This document shows positions 8,006 to 19,376 of a stretch of 36,067 nucleotides of DNA, piece by piece. Origin of the DNA: a virus (lineage: Duplodnaviria; Heunggongvirae; Uroviricota; Caudoviricetes); IMG/VR virus record IMGVR_UViG_2563366915_000004. One strand, 5' to 3'. The translations under genes and the position numbers were made by a program. The notes beneath the pieces are model-generated. The model had not been told where the DNA came from, made no database searches, and saw only the letters and a program-made list of their open reading frames with translations. Each line of letters opens with the position of its first letter. The stretch's first letter is position 1.

Positions 8006-9964
8006 TTACGCCGTACATTTCACCAGACCGCGGTGATCAACTGGCGCGACACCGGCGTCAATACGCACTTTCGTTGTCACGCCATCCACACTGAAGCCCT
8101 CCATCTGATCAATATATGGCGTATCCACACCGTTGAGATAAGCCACTTCAATCGTATCGGAGCCTTTTGACGCAGCCAGGTAGAAGGTGGTCTGGCTGTT
8201 ATCATCAAGACGAGGCTCTGCAATAACGGTCGCAAAATCTTTCACCGGGTTAATAATACCGGCGTTAATGTCAGCCCCCTTGACACTTGAGGAGCGAATG
8301 ACCTGGTTAGCAACAGACTCCATCGCCGTCGGTACCAGTACGAACGCAGGACGAATATTCAGATGACGCTCCCCCTCTTTCTGAACGCGCATCAACTGGC
8401 GGGCTTTATCCAGCGATGCCACGTCCATTGCAGCGCTCTCCAGTACGTTTGCATGTTTCGCTTTATCGAACAGACTTACATTATCTGTGGAGATTTTCGG
8501 GTTAGACGTCAGAATGGCATAAACCAGATCGGCAATAGTGGATTTCGCCGCACGGCCCAGTTTCATCGGGACATCGGTCAGCATATTCAGATCATCATTG
8601 ATAATGGCCTGACGGGTGATACTGAACAGCTCGCCATAGGTCGCCAGTGCAATAGTGGCCTGTTTATCTCCGGTGGTGACGTATTTATATTCCGCCCCTT
8701 CACGCACCTGACGTAGAGCACTGAAGCCCCCCATACCCACACGATGGGCAATTTTAAAATCAGACAACTGACCTTTCCGCGTCCACTGTTCATAGGTTTC
8801 AGGGGCATCTTCCCAGCCCTGCAGAATGGCTTTGTTCGCAACATCCAGCAGAATATTACCGAAGTCAGACGTACTGTGTGTGAACGCCGCACCGACCATC
8901 TGCATCGGGTTATAACCGGAAACCCCAATACCCCGTTCAGTTAGTGACATACGGGCATATTCACGCAGGGTCATCCCGTTGTAGACATTATCACGTTCGG
9001 TTTTTTCAAATCCGGCACGCGCCATCAGCGCCTGGCGAATCCCGTCCCCCACAAAATTACCGTTACCGGCATAAATATGAGCCGGGGTATTTTTATTGGA
9101 TGGCGTGGACTCGCGCCCCATCTCGTTCAACAGCTTTTCACGGGCCTGCTCCAGCGAACATTCAGGATCGGCAAGACACTGGGCCTGCAGCGTCTGATAA
9201 CGCCCGCCAAACATGGCAAACAGATCATTAATACCGTTTACACGCGCTTTTTGCTCTGCCAGTACCTGCGCACGGATACTGTTTTCATCCACCACGGGTG
9301 CTGCTGCCTGCACTGGCGTCCGGGAGGCTGCAGGTTCATCATCCTGTACGCGTGGAGCACTGTTGCGTGGCGGAGTAATCATGTTTCGAATGGATTCCGG
9401 CATCTTTTTAAATTCCTCTGTACGTTTTGACTGAATACATGCCATTGCCTTAACGGCTGGTGTCACCTGATCAGCAAATCCCTGTGCCAGACATTCGGCA
9501 CCGGACATCCAGGTCTCATCCGCCAGCATGGCAGCAATTTCATCGGTGGTTTTCCCGGTTTTCTGTGCATAAGCGGGTAACAGAACCGCCTCAACTTTAT
9601 CGAGCAGGTCGGCATAGGTGCGCATGTCCTCCGCATCACCGCCCGTAAAGCCAAATGGTTTATGAATCATCATGAAGGAGTTTTCCGGCATAATGACCGG
9701 GTTTCCCACCATCGCAATGACCGACGCCATTGACGCCGCCACACCGTCGACATAAACGGTAATGGACGCACCATGTGTTTTCAGTGCATTAAAAATGGCG
9801 ATGCCTTCAAAGACATCGCCACCCGGTGAATTAATATGGAGATTAATGTGGGTGATATCGCCCAGTGCATTCAGATCACTGATAAACTGCTTCGCTGTAA
9901 CACCCCAGAAACCAATCTCGTCATAAATATAAATATCCGCGTCACTCTGGTGACCTGCCTGCAT
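8006..9964 (-). CDS. prohead protease (ClpP/S14-like) fused to major capsid protein
   Basis: Track ORF 8006..10225 overlaps the portal; start moved to internal Met MQAGHQSDADIYIYDEIGFWGV just after the portal stop. N-terminal part has ClpP-like motifs (INSPGGDV, GVAASMASVIAMVG); the C-terminal roughly 400 aa looks like an HK97-fold capsid protein; a single ORF of about 652 aa. Confidence 0.8.
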   Translation of the reverse strand: MQAGHQSDADIYIYDEIGFWGVTAKQFISDLNALGDITHINLHINSPGGDVFEGIAIFNALKTHGASITVYVDGVAASMASVIAMVGNPVIMPENSFMMIHKPFGFTGGDAEDMRTYADLLDKVEAVLLPAYAQKTGKTTDEIAAMLADETWMSGAECLAQGFADQVTPAVKAMACIQSKRTEEFKKMPESIRNMITPPRNSAPRVQDDEPAASRTPVQAAAPVVDENSIRAQVLAEQKARVNGINDLFAMFGGRYQTLQAQCLADPECSLEQAREKLLNEMGRESTPSNKNTPAHIYAGNGNFVGDGIRQALMARAGFEKTERDNVYNGMTLREYARMSLTERGIGVSGYNPMQMVGAAFTHSTSDFGNILLDVANKAILQGWEDAPETYEQWTRKGQLSDFKIAHRVGMGGFSALRQVREGAEYKYVTTGDKQATIALATYGELFSITRQAIINDDLNMLTDVPMKLGRAAKSTIADLVYAILTSNPKISTDNVSLFDKAKHANVLESAAMDVASLDKARQLMRVQKEGERHLNIRPAFVLVPTAMESVANQVIRSSSVKGADINAGIINPVKDFATVIAEPRLDDNSQTTFYLAASKGSDTIEVAYLNGVDTPYIDQMEGFSVDGVTTKVRIDAGVAPVDHRGLVKCTA

Positions 9965-9977
9965 CCTGAACCAGGAA

Positions 9978-11486
9978 TTATTCTTCGGACTGGTCGTCGG
10001 TGTGCTGCGGCTCCTGTCGTTTCGTTGCGGCACTGCTGCCTCCTTTATCACTGGCCGGATCGGTATCAAATACCAGATCCAGCTTGCGGTTTTCATCAAT
10101 TTCGGCCTTGCGCCGACGTTTGACATCATCCGGATTACGACCACCTGCACGTACCCAGTCTGATTCTGTCGCCGCTCCACCACGAATCTGAATTTTCCAG
10201 GCCTCAGCCTCCTTAACAGGGTCAATCCACGGCATCACCGGTCCGGAATACACCGCGGTATACAGTGAAGAACGATCAAGATCGCGGGGTAGCCTGATAA
10301 CACCGGATGCCACAGCCTGTTTCAGCCAGGCACGATACATCGGGCGGGTGACGGCACCAATAAACCAGTCCTGCAGGATCAGGTAGCCATCAGTGGATTC
10401 AACCAGCTCCTGACGCTGGGCGCTGTAAGTGCCGTTATAGTTGCGTGCCGTACTGGAAAAACTCAGACGACTGCCCGCCGCCACGGCACGCAACTGACCA
10501 TTACGAAAAGTTTCAAGGTTAGGATTGGGACGATCCGACTTCACCATTCCGATTTCTTCGCCGGGTTTCAGATCGTCGTAAATAATGCCTGGCTGAATGG
10601 TAAGCTCGCGTTCATTCTCCTTGCTGCCATTACCATCCGGTTCATAGCTCTGCCCGTCGCCTTTCCGGATGTACATCCCCAGAGCAGCGGCGATCCTTGC
10701 TGCAGTCAGCTCAGAATCTTCATACTCTTTCAGGGCACTGAGGCGGATCAGCACACCGGACAACAAAGACGTCCCGCGCATCTGGTGCAGACGGCGAACA
10801 AATTTAAGATGCAGCATTCGCTCTGCATCCACTTCTTTGGTTTCCATCTGCCGCCCGGATACGGGACGGCTTTTATACACCAGATATTTTTCGGGACGCC
10901 CCCAGTCATCAACAAACACGCCCTGATTCAGCCTGTTGCTCTCATCACTGGTCATGGGAATAAAGTCCGGCTCGAGCGCCTCCAGCCAGAAATGAACACC
11001 GGCAGAAGGCGTCAGGCTGTTTATGCGCCCGGAAACCATCTGGGCAAACACCTCACCATCGCGCAGCCAGGTACGCAGCATCAGACGTTCCAGCATCGGA
11101 CGGGTAAACTGCCCGGTGACTTCCGGACTGACAGACCATTCACTCCATCGGGTGCGTATCTCCGCTGCCAGATCACGGGCAATGGCCCCATTGCGTAATA
11201 CCGGATGTGGCTCGACAATAATCCCGTTTTTCCCCACCACCCGTTCTTCCAGCTTGTCAAATACACCAATAACCAGATCGTGGTTGTTATCAAGGTAACG
11301 GGCCTGCTCACGTAACGACACGGCCCCGTACTGGCTTAACTGGTCGGCAGTTCGGTTTTCCCGCCGGGCTTTGTGTGTCCGTGTCGTTTTTACGGCCTCA
11401 TAAGCCTGGATCACCGCACGGGAACGCAGCCTTGCCGCTTTCCATCCTGGTGAAAAAACGCCAATCACATCATCAAGAATTGCCAT
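9978..11486 (-). CDS. portal protein (lambda-family)
   Basis: Track ORF 9978..11558; start moved to internal Met MAILDDVIGVFSPGWKAARL, which forms an ATGA overlap with the W-like gene stop; about 500 aa, between the W-like gene and the protease/capsid gene. Confidence 0.85.
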   Translation of the reverse strand: MAILDDVIGVFSPGWKAARLRSRAVIQAYEAVKTTRTHKARRENRTADQLSQYGAVSLREQARYLDNNHDLVIGVFDKLEERVVGKNGIIVEPHPVLRNGAIARDLAAEIRTRWSEWSVSPEVTGQFTRPMLERLMLRTWLRDGEVFAQMVSGRINSLTPSAGVHFWLEALEPDFIPMTSDESNRLNQGVFVDDWGRPEKYLVYKSRPVSGRQMETKEVDAERMLHLKFVRRLHQMRGTSLLSGVLIRLSALKEYEDSELTAARIAAALGMYIRKGDGQSYEPDGNGSKENERELTIQPGIIYDDLKPGEEIGMVKSDRPNPNLETFRNGQLRAVAAGSRLSFSSTARNYNGTYSAQRQELVESTDGYLILQDWFIGAVTRPMYRAWLKQAVASGVIRLPRDLDRSSLYTAVYSGPVMPWIDPVKEAEAWKIQIRGGAATESDWVRAGGRNPDDVKRRRKAEIDENRKLDLVFDTDPASDKGGSSAATKRQEPQHTDDQSEE

Positions 11487-11698
11487 CAGAACCTCGCCAG
11501 CCGGTACCCGGGATGCCCCCGTCGTCGTGTAATCAGAGCCGCAAGGCGGCGCTCCCACTCCTGCCGTCCCTGCCGGATCTCAGATAAGTTTTCCATGGTC
11601 ATCTGCTGACCATTAAAGGTGACGGATTTTCCGTCCAGCACCGCCATTTCAGCTTCCGTATAACGCTGAATCATGGCTTCGATATCATTCTGGTTCAT
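11486..11698 (-). CDS. head-tail connector protein (gpW-like)
   Basis: About 70 aa, MNQNDIEAMIQRYTEAEMAVLDGKSVTFNGQQMT...RRRGHPGYRLARF, a gpW-like size and C-terminus; GGAGG RBS; overlaps the terminase stop (ATGA). Confidence 0.7.
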   Translation of the reverse strand: MNQNDIEAMIQRYTEAEMAVLDGKSVTFNGQQMTMENLSEIRQGRQEWERRLAALITRRRGHPGYRLARF

Positions 11699-13797
11699 AA
11701 CCATCCTCCGGAAGTCAGCCAGGGGTTAACATCGTCAGTTACTGTTTTCTTCCGTTTTTGTTTTTTAACAGGCGTGGATACCGGTTCCGGTGTGGGTGAC
11801 GGTTCGGTACTGTCCGGGACACACTCCAGCCAGGTTTCCCGGCTCGCCCACTCCGGTGCATCCGGCCAGCGGATCTTTTCGTATCCATGCAGAATGACCA
11901 GAGCCTCGGCATACACCATCAGGTCAAAAGCTTCGTTGGCACCGCGACCCGGCTTACTCCATTTCCCGTCACTGCTCCGCTCTTCATACGTCAGTTCGTC
12001 GTAAAACCAGCTCCCCAGCCAGTCAGGGAAATGCACATAGCCGGGACCTGGCGAGTCACGCCATAACGCGTTATTCACCCGGTCTTTCAGGGCATCCGTC
12101 TGAAGAAGCCAGAGCGGCACATCACCTGCGGCCTGCGCCCGGCGGCCCGTTCGTCCGGTGTTATCAGGGAATGTACGGCTGATCAGTTTTGCGCGCCGGA
12201 TGCTGTCACCCTTAAACAGGTAAATACGTTTACCAAGGCCATCACGACGGCAACGACGCCAGAATTTATAGGCATTATCAGTGACCCCGTCTTCACCGCC
12301 GGAGTCCACCGCCATTGCCATCAGTCGCATTTGTTGAGAAGGATCGGAGGCCAGCGGCCAGCTTTTATGAAAAACATCCGTCAGCAGGACATCCCAGTCT
12401 TCCGGATAGCTGGCCGGATCAATTCGCTGGCTCTCCCCGTCGCTGTCACCGCGCAATGACTGCGTGATGTTGTAACGATCAATAATCCAGCGTTCGCCAC
12501 GGCTGCCATAGCCCGTTACCTGAACCACAAAACGGCGATGACGTCCCGCCTGCACATCCACTGTCGCCACAAGGAAATTAACGCCATCCGGCACACTGCG
12601 GGAAGGAACTGGCTCTGCCCGCTGCTCAAGCAATTCACTTTTTCGTTGCTCCATGCTGGCGCGGGGAAGATAAGGTAATCCCCAGTCGGTATTGATAACC
12701 GTCTTGAGTGTCTCTTCACTTCCGGTTGTCTCGTATTCCTGTTCTGCAGTAAGCAGTTTGTAAACGAGTTGCGAGAGTGTCTGATAAGCAGCTGCCGGAC
12801 CCTCCATCCAGAATGACGCAATACGTGAACGCCGGGGATCACCATAACGACTGCCATCTGCATTGATGGATTCACCATCCCGTAACCAGACCCCACGTCC
12901 GTTCAGCTCGCGTTTTTGTTCAGGCAAAATCCGTCCTGAACAGGAAGGACACTGAATATAAGCCGCCTCACTTGCCAGCACAGGATCGGCAATATCACGG
13001 AAACCAGCAACCACATCGCCGCAGGGCTGAAAATACTCACCACAGTGTGGACAGGGCCAGTACCAGCGACGGCGATCGCCACGGTTATAGAGCGACAGGA
13101 TCCCCGTGGTTGGTGGAGCCTCATGCGGTGAAGTCCGTCGCCATTTCACATCCTTCACATCCCTGCCGGGGGAACTCTCCACCAGCGTCATACCACTGGA
13201 CATAAATGTGGTGGTACGTTTTGAGGCAAGAGAGAAGGCATCCCCCTCACCATCAATATCTTCCGGAAAACGGTCATAATCCGTCAGCGCCACGCATTTA
13301 TAATCTGATGAAGACATGATATTGACTGACGGCCAGCCGATTTTCAGGTAGTTGCCAGCAAGGAATGTTCTGTCATAAACGTTGTTGTCATTTTTGTTCG
13401 GACTCAGGCGACTGACCACTTCCGGGCTGACGCGAAACGTTCTGGCGAGTCGTTTTTTGGAGTGTTCGCGGGCTTTTTCCTCCGTCATCTGAATGATCAG
13501 CATATCAGCAGGATCGCAAATCACGTTGTAAATCACCCAGCCGTCAATCAGGCCGATAGTCTTGCCGGTTCGTGCCGGGCCAACAAATATCACTGCGTCG
13601 TATTCACGCGAGGCCAGGCAGTTCATAGGCTCAATAACATACGGTGCCACCAGCGGATCCCACGGGACTGAGTTCCCTGCCCCCATAGGCACCCGCATAT
13701 ACTGAGCAACGGCATCAGCAACCCGCATTCGTCTCGGTGCGCGAAGGATATAACCTGAATCGGTTCGTGCTGCCTTTGCGGTTTCCTGATTCAGCAT
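11695..13797 (-). CDS. terminase large subunit (lambda gpA-like)
   Basis: 700-aa ORF with Walker A-like VGPARTGKT, an acidic ATPase region and a C-terminal nuclease-like region; lies between the small terminase and W/portal. Confidence 0.9.
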   Translation of the reverse strand: MLNQETAKAARTDSGYILRAPRRMRVADAVAQYMRVPMGAGNSVPWDPLVAPYVIEPMNCLASREYDAVIFVGPARTGKTIGLIDGWVIYNVICDPADMLIIQMTEEKAREHSKKRLARTFRVSPEVVSRLSPNKNDNNVYDRTFLAGNYLKIGWPSVNIMSSSDYKCVALTDYDRFPEDIDGEGDAFSLASKRTTTFMSSGMTLVESSPGRDVKDVKWRRTSPHEAPPTTGILSLYNRGDRRRWYWPCPHCGEYFQPCGDVVAGFRDIADPVLASEAAYIQCPSCSGRILPEQKRELNGRGVWLRDGESINADGSRYGDPRRSRIASFWMEGPAAAYQTLSQLVYKLLTAEQEYETTGSEETLKTVINTDWGLPYLPRASMEQRKSELLEQRAEPVPSRSVPDGVNFLVATVDVQAGRHRRFVVQVTGYGSRGERWIIDRYNITQSLRGDSDGESQRIDPASYPEDWDVLLTDVFHKSWPLASDPSQQMRLMAMAVDSGGEDGVTDNAYKFWRRCRRDGLGKRIYLFKGDSIRRAKLISRTFPDNTGRTGRRAQAAGDVPLWLLQTDALKDRVNNALWRDSPGPGYVHFPDWLGSWFYDELTYEERSSDGKWSKPGRGANEAFDLMVYAEALVILHGYEKIRWPDAPEWASRETWLECVPDSTEPSPTPEPVSTPVKKQKRKKTVTDDVNPWLTSGGWL

Positions 13798-14291
13798 TAC
13801 TCCTCCTGCTGTAATTCCTCCTCATCATCCGCACCTGCTTCAGTCACCCGCAGGGCTATCTGATCGCGCAGATCATCAATAATGGACTGAACACGGCTCA
13901 CAGCGGCAGGCTGCAGACCGCAGTCACGTTCAAGAATATCCGGTAATGTCTCCAGCACCTGCACGACCGCTTTTGCCCAGATGGCAAACTCCCGTCTGAC
14001 ATCACTGGCCGGAATGAGTTGTGCCGTTTCCTGTTCGAACTTAAGACGCTCACGTTCAGACTGATACCAGGCTTTGCGCTCATGCGCGTCCATTTCGCCT
14101 TCTGCAACCGGCGGTGGTAATGCCAGAAATGCCGACACAATATCAACCACCCGATAAAGCTTGAGGTTGCTTTCATGCCCCCCTGCAACGGGTAGATTTT
14201 GCAGCCTTGCCGCAGCAGTCTGGCGATGTACACCTGACAATGCCGCCAGTTGACTGATATTCAGCGTCAGATTTTTTAACTCTCGATCCAT
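13797..14291 (-). CDS. terminase small subunit (Nu1 position, N-terminal HTH)
   Basis: 164-aa ORF with N-terminal helix-turn-helix LNISQLAALSGVHRQTAAARLQ and an acidic C-terminus; stop overlaps the terminase large subunit start; GGAG RBS. Confidence 0.7.
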   Translation of the reverse strand: MDRELKNLTLNISQLAALSGVHRQTAAARLQNLPVAGGHESNLKLYRVVDIVSAFLALPPPVAEGEMDAHERKAWYQSERERLKFEQETAQLIPASDVRREFAIWAKAVVQVLETLPDILERDCGLQPAAVSRVQSIIDDLRDQIALRVTEAGADDEEELQQEE

Positions 14292-14460
14292 ACCCGCTCC
14301 AGAATGTTTTAAACATGCATCTTGCGAACAACTTTAGGCAAACGGTGTTAGTGATGAACAAAAAACAATCAGAATCGACACCATAAAAATAAATCCACTG
14401 TAATATCAATCAATTACAGTAGTGGTGATGACGAATAAAATTTCAAAAACTAGCCTTTTT

Positions 14461-14540
14461 CCGCGACGCTCCCGCCCCGTGGCAGGGGCCCCCACCGGGA
14501 GGACCCGACAGCCTGACAGCCTGACAGCCGTGACGAGCAT
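14461..14540. other. candidate cos / terminase recognition region (GC-rich island with tandem 8-bp repeats)
   Basis: GC-rich segment with hairpin GCCCC-gtggca-GGGGC and tandem repeats cGACAGCC-TGACAGCC-TGACAGCC-GTGACGAG upstream of the small terminase gene; further TGACAG / CTGTCA inverted copies near 14785-14818. Placement is analogous to lambda cosN/cosB. Confidence 0.3.
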
Positions 14541-14853
14541 CTGATACAGCGCTTTACATAATGGCATAGGAATAATTCAGAAGGACATCACAGCATGCCC
14601 ACACAAATTAGTGTGAGTGTCCTGTTTCTTCCTACGCACAGGACTGACGAGCATGAGGGGAAAATATGCGAACCATAAATGCCTCATCTTCAGCAATGCA
14701 GCCGGCATCCGAACAGGACGATATTGTAAATTCACCTAATTACGAGGACATTGCAGTAGTTGAATTGCAGCTCTGTATTAGCCTGACAGTGACAGAATGC
14801 GATATTGACTCTGTCACAGGTGAAATAGTTTGAATGATTAGCAGTTATGGTGC

Positions 14854-15060
14854 TCAGTCAACCACCAGGGAATAATCCTTCGAATTCTTATCGTGCTTCA
14901 CCAACGCTGCCTCAATTGCCCTGAATGCTTCCAGAGACACCTGATGTTCTATACATGCAATTACAACATCCGGGTAACTCATAGAAATGGTGCTATTAAG
15001 CATATTTTTTACACGAATCAGATCCAACGAGAGTTCATCAGCAGATTGTTCTTTATTCAT
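14854..15060 (-). CDS. small moron protein (YbcW/YnfO-like)
   Basis: 68-aa ORF in the AT-rich region between the lysis and packaging genes; size and position match ybcW/ynfO of E. coli cryptic prophages. Confidence 0.5.
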   Translation of the reverse strand: MNKEQSADELSLDLIRVKNMLNSTISMSYPDVVIACIEHQVSLEAFRAIEAALVKHDKNSKDYSLVVD

Positions 15061-15360
15061 TTTGTCGCTCCATGCGTTTGCTCGTCATCTAGCGGTTAAA
15101 ATATTACTTCAAATCTTACTGCATAAAAGAGGAAAAGTATGAAAGTTTGAGTACATCGACCTTACATACATCTGTCGGTTGCATATCCCTCCTGGATGCC
15201 AGCAAGGCTCAATTTTGTTACGCAATCAACACTATTCATTAAAAACAGGCTTAATATTTGACATAAATCATCAACAAAACACAAAGAGGTCAGACCAGAT
15301 TAAAACAATAAACACGATAATGCAAACTACGCGCCATCGTATCACATGGAAGGTTTACCA

Positions 15361-15771
15361 ATGGCTCAGGCTGCCATTTTTAAAGAAATATTCGATCAAG
15401 TGCGTAAAGATTTAAACTGTGAATTATTTTATTCTGAGCTAAAACGTCACAATATCTCACTTTATATTTACTATTTAGCCACAGATAATATTCACATTGT
15501 GTTAGAAAACGACAACATAGTGTTAGTAAAAGGACTCAAAAAGGTTGTAAATGTTAAATTCTCCAGAAACAAACATCTTATAGAGACCTCCTATAATAAG
15601 TTGAAATCAAAAGAAATCACATTTCAACAATACAGGGAAAATCTTGCTAAAGCAGGAGTTTTCCGATGGGTTACAAATATCCAGGAACACCAAAGATATT
15701 ACTATGCCTTTGATAACTCATTACTATTTACTGAAAGCATCCAGAAAACTACACAGATCTTACCACGCTAA
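15361..15771 (+). CDS. DUF1398-family protein (YbcV/YdfO-like)
   Basis: Track ORF 15346..15771; start moved to internal ATG ([18 protein letters not shown]...) preceded by GGAAGGT, giving 136 aa as in YbcV; AT-rich moron context. Confidence 0.7.
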   Translation: MAQAAIFKEIFDQVRKDLNCELFYSELKRHNISLYIYYLATDNIHIVLENDNIVLVKGLKKVVNVKFSRNKHLIETSYNKLKSKEITFQQYRENLAKAGVFRWVTNIQEHQRYYYAFDNSLLFTESIQKTTQILPR

Positions 15772-15779
15772 ACCATAAC

Positions 15780-15815
15780 GTCCGGCTTCTCTCACTCCTG
15801 AGCCGGACTGCATTG
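15780..15815 (+). terminator. putative terminator downstream of the DUF1398 gene
   Basis: Inverted repeat GTCCGGCT-N13-AGCCGGAC followed by a T-rich stretch. Confidence 0.3.
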
Positions 15816-15922
15816 GTTTAATAAAAACCATCAACAATTGTGATTTAGATATTCGGAACCATTCAAATATAACAAAACCCCGTAAAAACGAGGTTTATGG
15901 ATAAATTTTATTATTGAATACA

Positions 15923-16096
15923 TCAGATTAAATTAATCTTGACATCATAGCTTTCAAGACCCGTCATTTTTTCCCGTGCGGTAAACTGAATACTGGTAAC
16001 TTCTTTCCCGGTCTTTTTCTTAAGTTCAATAATTTTTTTTGTTATATATTCAGAAATATCTGCTTCTGCTTTTGTTTTTAAGTTTTCAATATTCAT
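15923..16096 (-). CDS. gnsB: GnsA/GnsB-family protein
   Basis: 57-aa ORF below the track's length cutoff: MNIENLKTKAEADISEYITKKIIELKKKTGKEVTSIQFTAREKMTGLESYDVKINLI, closely resembling GnsB; AGAGGA RBS; sits in the same position as gnsB in Qin. Confidence 0.7.
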   Translation of the reverse strand: MNIENLKTKAEADISEYITKKIIELKKKTGKEVTSIQFTAREKMTGLESYDVKINLI

Positions 16097-16267
16097 CATT
16101 TCCTCTTTTAGTCTGTTATGACTTTCCAGTTACACAGTAAGTCGATTATATGGTGCAAACGTGTAAAAGATAAGATGAAACATCGCAATAATCAACATAC
16201 GATAGTCTAAATTTTACACAAACAGACAAAGAGAATTTTCCTGAATTATCAATACAATAGCATCAAA

Positions 16268-16498
16268 TCAACTCAAGAGCCTTATTGCTGCTTCCAGAAT
16301 TTCTTCTGAAGTAACATGTCGATCCGCGGCTACATAAATGACTTTATGATCTCCGGTCAGAGATGGAAACCCTGCGGCCATTACAGTAAGGTGTGTTTTT
16401 TCGCCATTTGGATATTCACGCATGATGGTGTTAACTCCAGTCATCGCTGGCACTACCACTGCTGGTTCAGAGTTAAAAAAAACTATGATTTTTTTCAT
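16268..16498 (-). CDS. hypothetical small protein (YnfN-position)
   Basis: Track ORF 16268..16540; start placed at internal Met MKKIIVFFN... because a terminator-like hairpin occupies 16541-16563; no strong RBS. Confidence 0.4.
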   Translation of the reverse strand: MKKIIVFFNSEPAVVVPAMTGVNTIMREYPNGEKTHLTVMAAGFPSLTGDHKVIYVAADRHVTSEEILEAAIRLLS

Positions 16499-16540
16499 GA
16501 TGTTACCGTAGTATGTGAGTATCCATCGAATAGATACCAA

Positions 16541-16563
16541 GCAAAAAAGCTCCCGAAGGAGCC
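16541..16563 (-). terminator. putative intrinsic terminator (minus strand) upstream of the YnfN-position gene and downstream of the cspI-like gene
   Basis: Minus strand GGCTCC-ttcg-GGAGCT followed by TTTTTTGC. Confidence 0.4.
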
Positions 16564-16769
16564 TTCATTTTCACTTTTTTAAATCCAACGACAGACGGCT
16601 GGCATTTAAGTATTGTGAAATATTATCAAATGTAATCATCATTGATTTACAAAAGATACATTTTGCCCCGAAAGGATTCATGTCAGAAACATCAAAAGAT
16701 GATGTTCTATACTGGGAACCATGACAACACGGGCATCTAAAGTGAATATGGTTTGTAATATTGTCTACC

Positions 16770-16982
16770 TCAAAGCGCCACTACATGAACAGCGGCAGGA
16801 CCTTTAGGTCCGTTCTCAATACCAAATTCAACTTCCTGATTCTCAGTTAATGTTTTGAAATCGTTGCTCTGAATTGCTGAGAAATGGACAAACACATCTT
16901 TGCTGCCATCTTTCGGCGTGATGAAACCAAAACCTTTTTCAGGGTTAAACCATTTCACTAAACCAGTCATTTTGTTAGACAT
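16770..16982 (-). CDS. cspI: cold shock protein (CspI-like)
   Basis: 70-aa [73 protein letters not shown] with RNP1/RNP2 CSD motifs (KGFGFI, VFVHF). Confidence 0.9.
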   Translation of the reverse strand: MSNKMTGLVKWFNPEKGFGFITPKDGSKDVFVHFSAIQSNDFKTLTENQEVEFGIENGPKGPAAVHVVAL

Positions 16983-17345
16983 AATTATTACCTTTTGAAG
17001 AAATTAGCCCTTGGGCAGAATGGTCCGAAAAAAAATATCAGAGAGAAAAACCAACAAGGAAATCTCAAGAGGTACAAATAATAAAATTATAACAATGACT
17101 GCTTCAGATAAATTTGTAACAAACCAGAACACCATTAACGCATGATTAACCACCCATAGCAAGGATTACTTTTGTAAAGAAAAACACAGCAATGAAAGAA
17201 TAGCTTTATTTATTAATAATAACGTGTCATTCTGATTAAGACCTTTTATCTTACCCTTAAGATTTCAGGAATTTTGGCTCATGGAAGAGTCCTTTTTATT
17301 TAAATTTTACATTCCGCGATGTAAATGTTCCGATTTAATATTACC

Positions 17346-18369
<1,024 letters not shown>

Positions 18370-18373
<4 letters not shown>

Positions 18374-18657
18374 ATATATTTATGATGAGGACGCTCGTGC
18401 TTATTGGCAGGATTTTCAATCTTAAAGGAGTACTGATGCTGCAGATAAGACTCAACTTTTTCTGACAATTTTTCTGCTACTTCCAGGAAGACTTGCCGGA
18501 CGCTCCTTCTGGCTGCTGCCTCATAAAACTCCAGCGCAGCTCCTTCAACACGGTCCATGGCGACATCCAGGTCAAAAATTTCACCGTCAAAGCGTTCTTT
18601 GTCCTGTAAGGCTACAGTTACCGTAACTTTATTCTCAAAATTACGGACTCCTTTCAC
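18370..18657 (-). CDS. DUF1327-like protein (YdfR-position)
   Basis: 95-aa non-hydrophobic ORF between holin and endolysin, the same place as ydfR in Qin; ATGA overlap with the lysozyme start. Confidence 0.55.
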
Positions 18658-18685
18658 AACCAGTTCATAGTCTTGAGTCGTTGGA

Positions 18686-18901
18686 TTACTCTCCTCTCGC
18701 AGCCTTACGCCTGTCTTCTTTAATCTTGAAATAAAGATTTGTCAGATACGTCAGCAGGCCAAAAACCAGGCTACCCAGCACACCGATTGCAGCCCACTGT
18801 GACGGAGTTACTTTATCGAGTAACTGCAATGCCCAGAAACCAGCATTACCCGCCGATGTGCCATAGGCAACACCTGTTGTTAACTTATCCATTGATTTCA
18901 T
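18686..18901 (-). CDS. holin, phage-21 S-type pinholin with dual-start motif
   Basis: Track ORF 18686..18976; start moved to internal Met: [71 protein letters not shown] (71 aa). MKSM dual start, two transmembrane segments and a charged C-terminus; GGTGAGGAT RBS. Confidence 0.85.
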   Translation of the reverse strand: MKSMDKLTTGVAYGTSAGNAGFWALQLLDKVTPSQWAAIGVLGSLVFGLLTYLTNLYFKIKEDRRKAARGE

Positions 18902-19120
18902 ATCCTCACCCCGATGTACACGGATGGTGCAATATGTTTGAAAAGATCGGAGTCTACGGGGTAGTTTTGACAGCACACGTTGTTCTCAACGGCGCTAAAA
19001 AAACATACACATTAAAAATGTGGGTAATTATTTTGAAAGAAAGTCATATATAAAATAATAATACGAGAAATGTTTTCATATTTAGTGTACTGTATACGGC
19101 CATTTATACAGGAAAAGCCT

Positions 19121-19291
19121 ATGTCAGAACGTAAAAACTCAAAATCACGCCGTAATTATCTCGTTAAATGTTCCTGCCCAAACTGCACCCAAGAGTCAGA
19201 ACACAGTTTTTCAAGAGTACAAAAAGGTGCCCTTTTGATCTGCCCTCATTGCAACAAAGTATTCCAGACAAATCTTAAAGCTGTAGCCTGA
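19121..19291 (+). CDS. small zinc-ribbon protein (possibly YnfU-like)
   Basis: Track ORF 19070..19291; start moved to internal ATG (MSERKNSKSRRNYLVKCSCPNCTQESEHSFSRVQKGALLICPHCNKVFQTNLKAVA, 56 aa); CPNC...CPHC motif; AGGAAAAG RBS. Confidence 0.55.
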   Translation: MSERKNSKSRRNYLVKCSCPNCTQESEHSFSRVQKGALLICPHCNKVFQTNLKAVA

Positions 19292-19344
19292 TTGATTTTA
19301 TTAGTAACAAGTATTTTTTATATTTTAATAATATATTTAAAGCA

Positions 19345-19376
19345 GATAATAAAAAACCCGCCTGAGCGGGTTTGAG
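19345..19376. terminator. bidirectional intrinsic terminator
   Basis: AAAAAACCCGC-ctga-GCGGGTTT: stem flanked by an A-run upstream and T-run downstream; serves the zinc-ribbon gene (+) and the cspB transcript (-). Confidence 0.5.

Noticed and set aside
12516-12896. 126-aa minus-strand ORF nested inside the terminase large subunit gene
   Set aside because: Lies entirely within the terminase coding region in another frame, with no RBS and no recognisable motifs.
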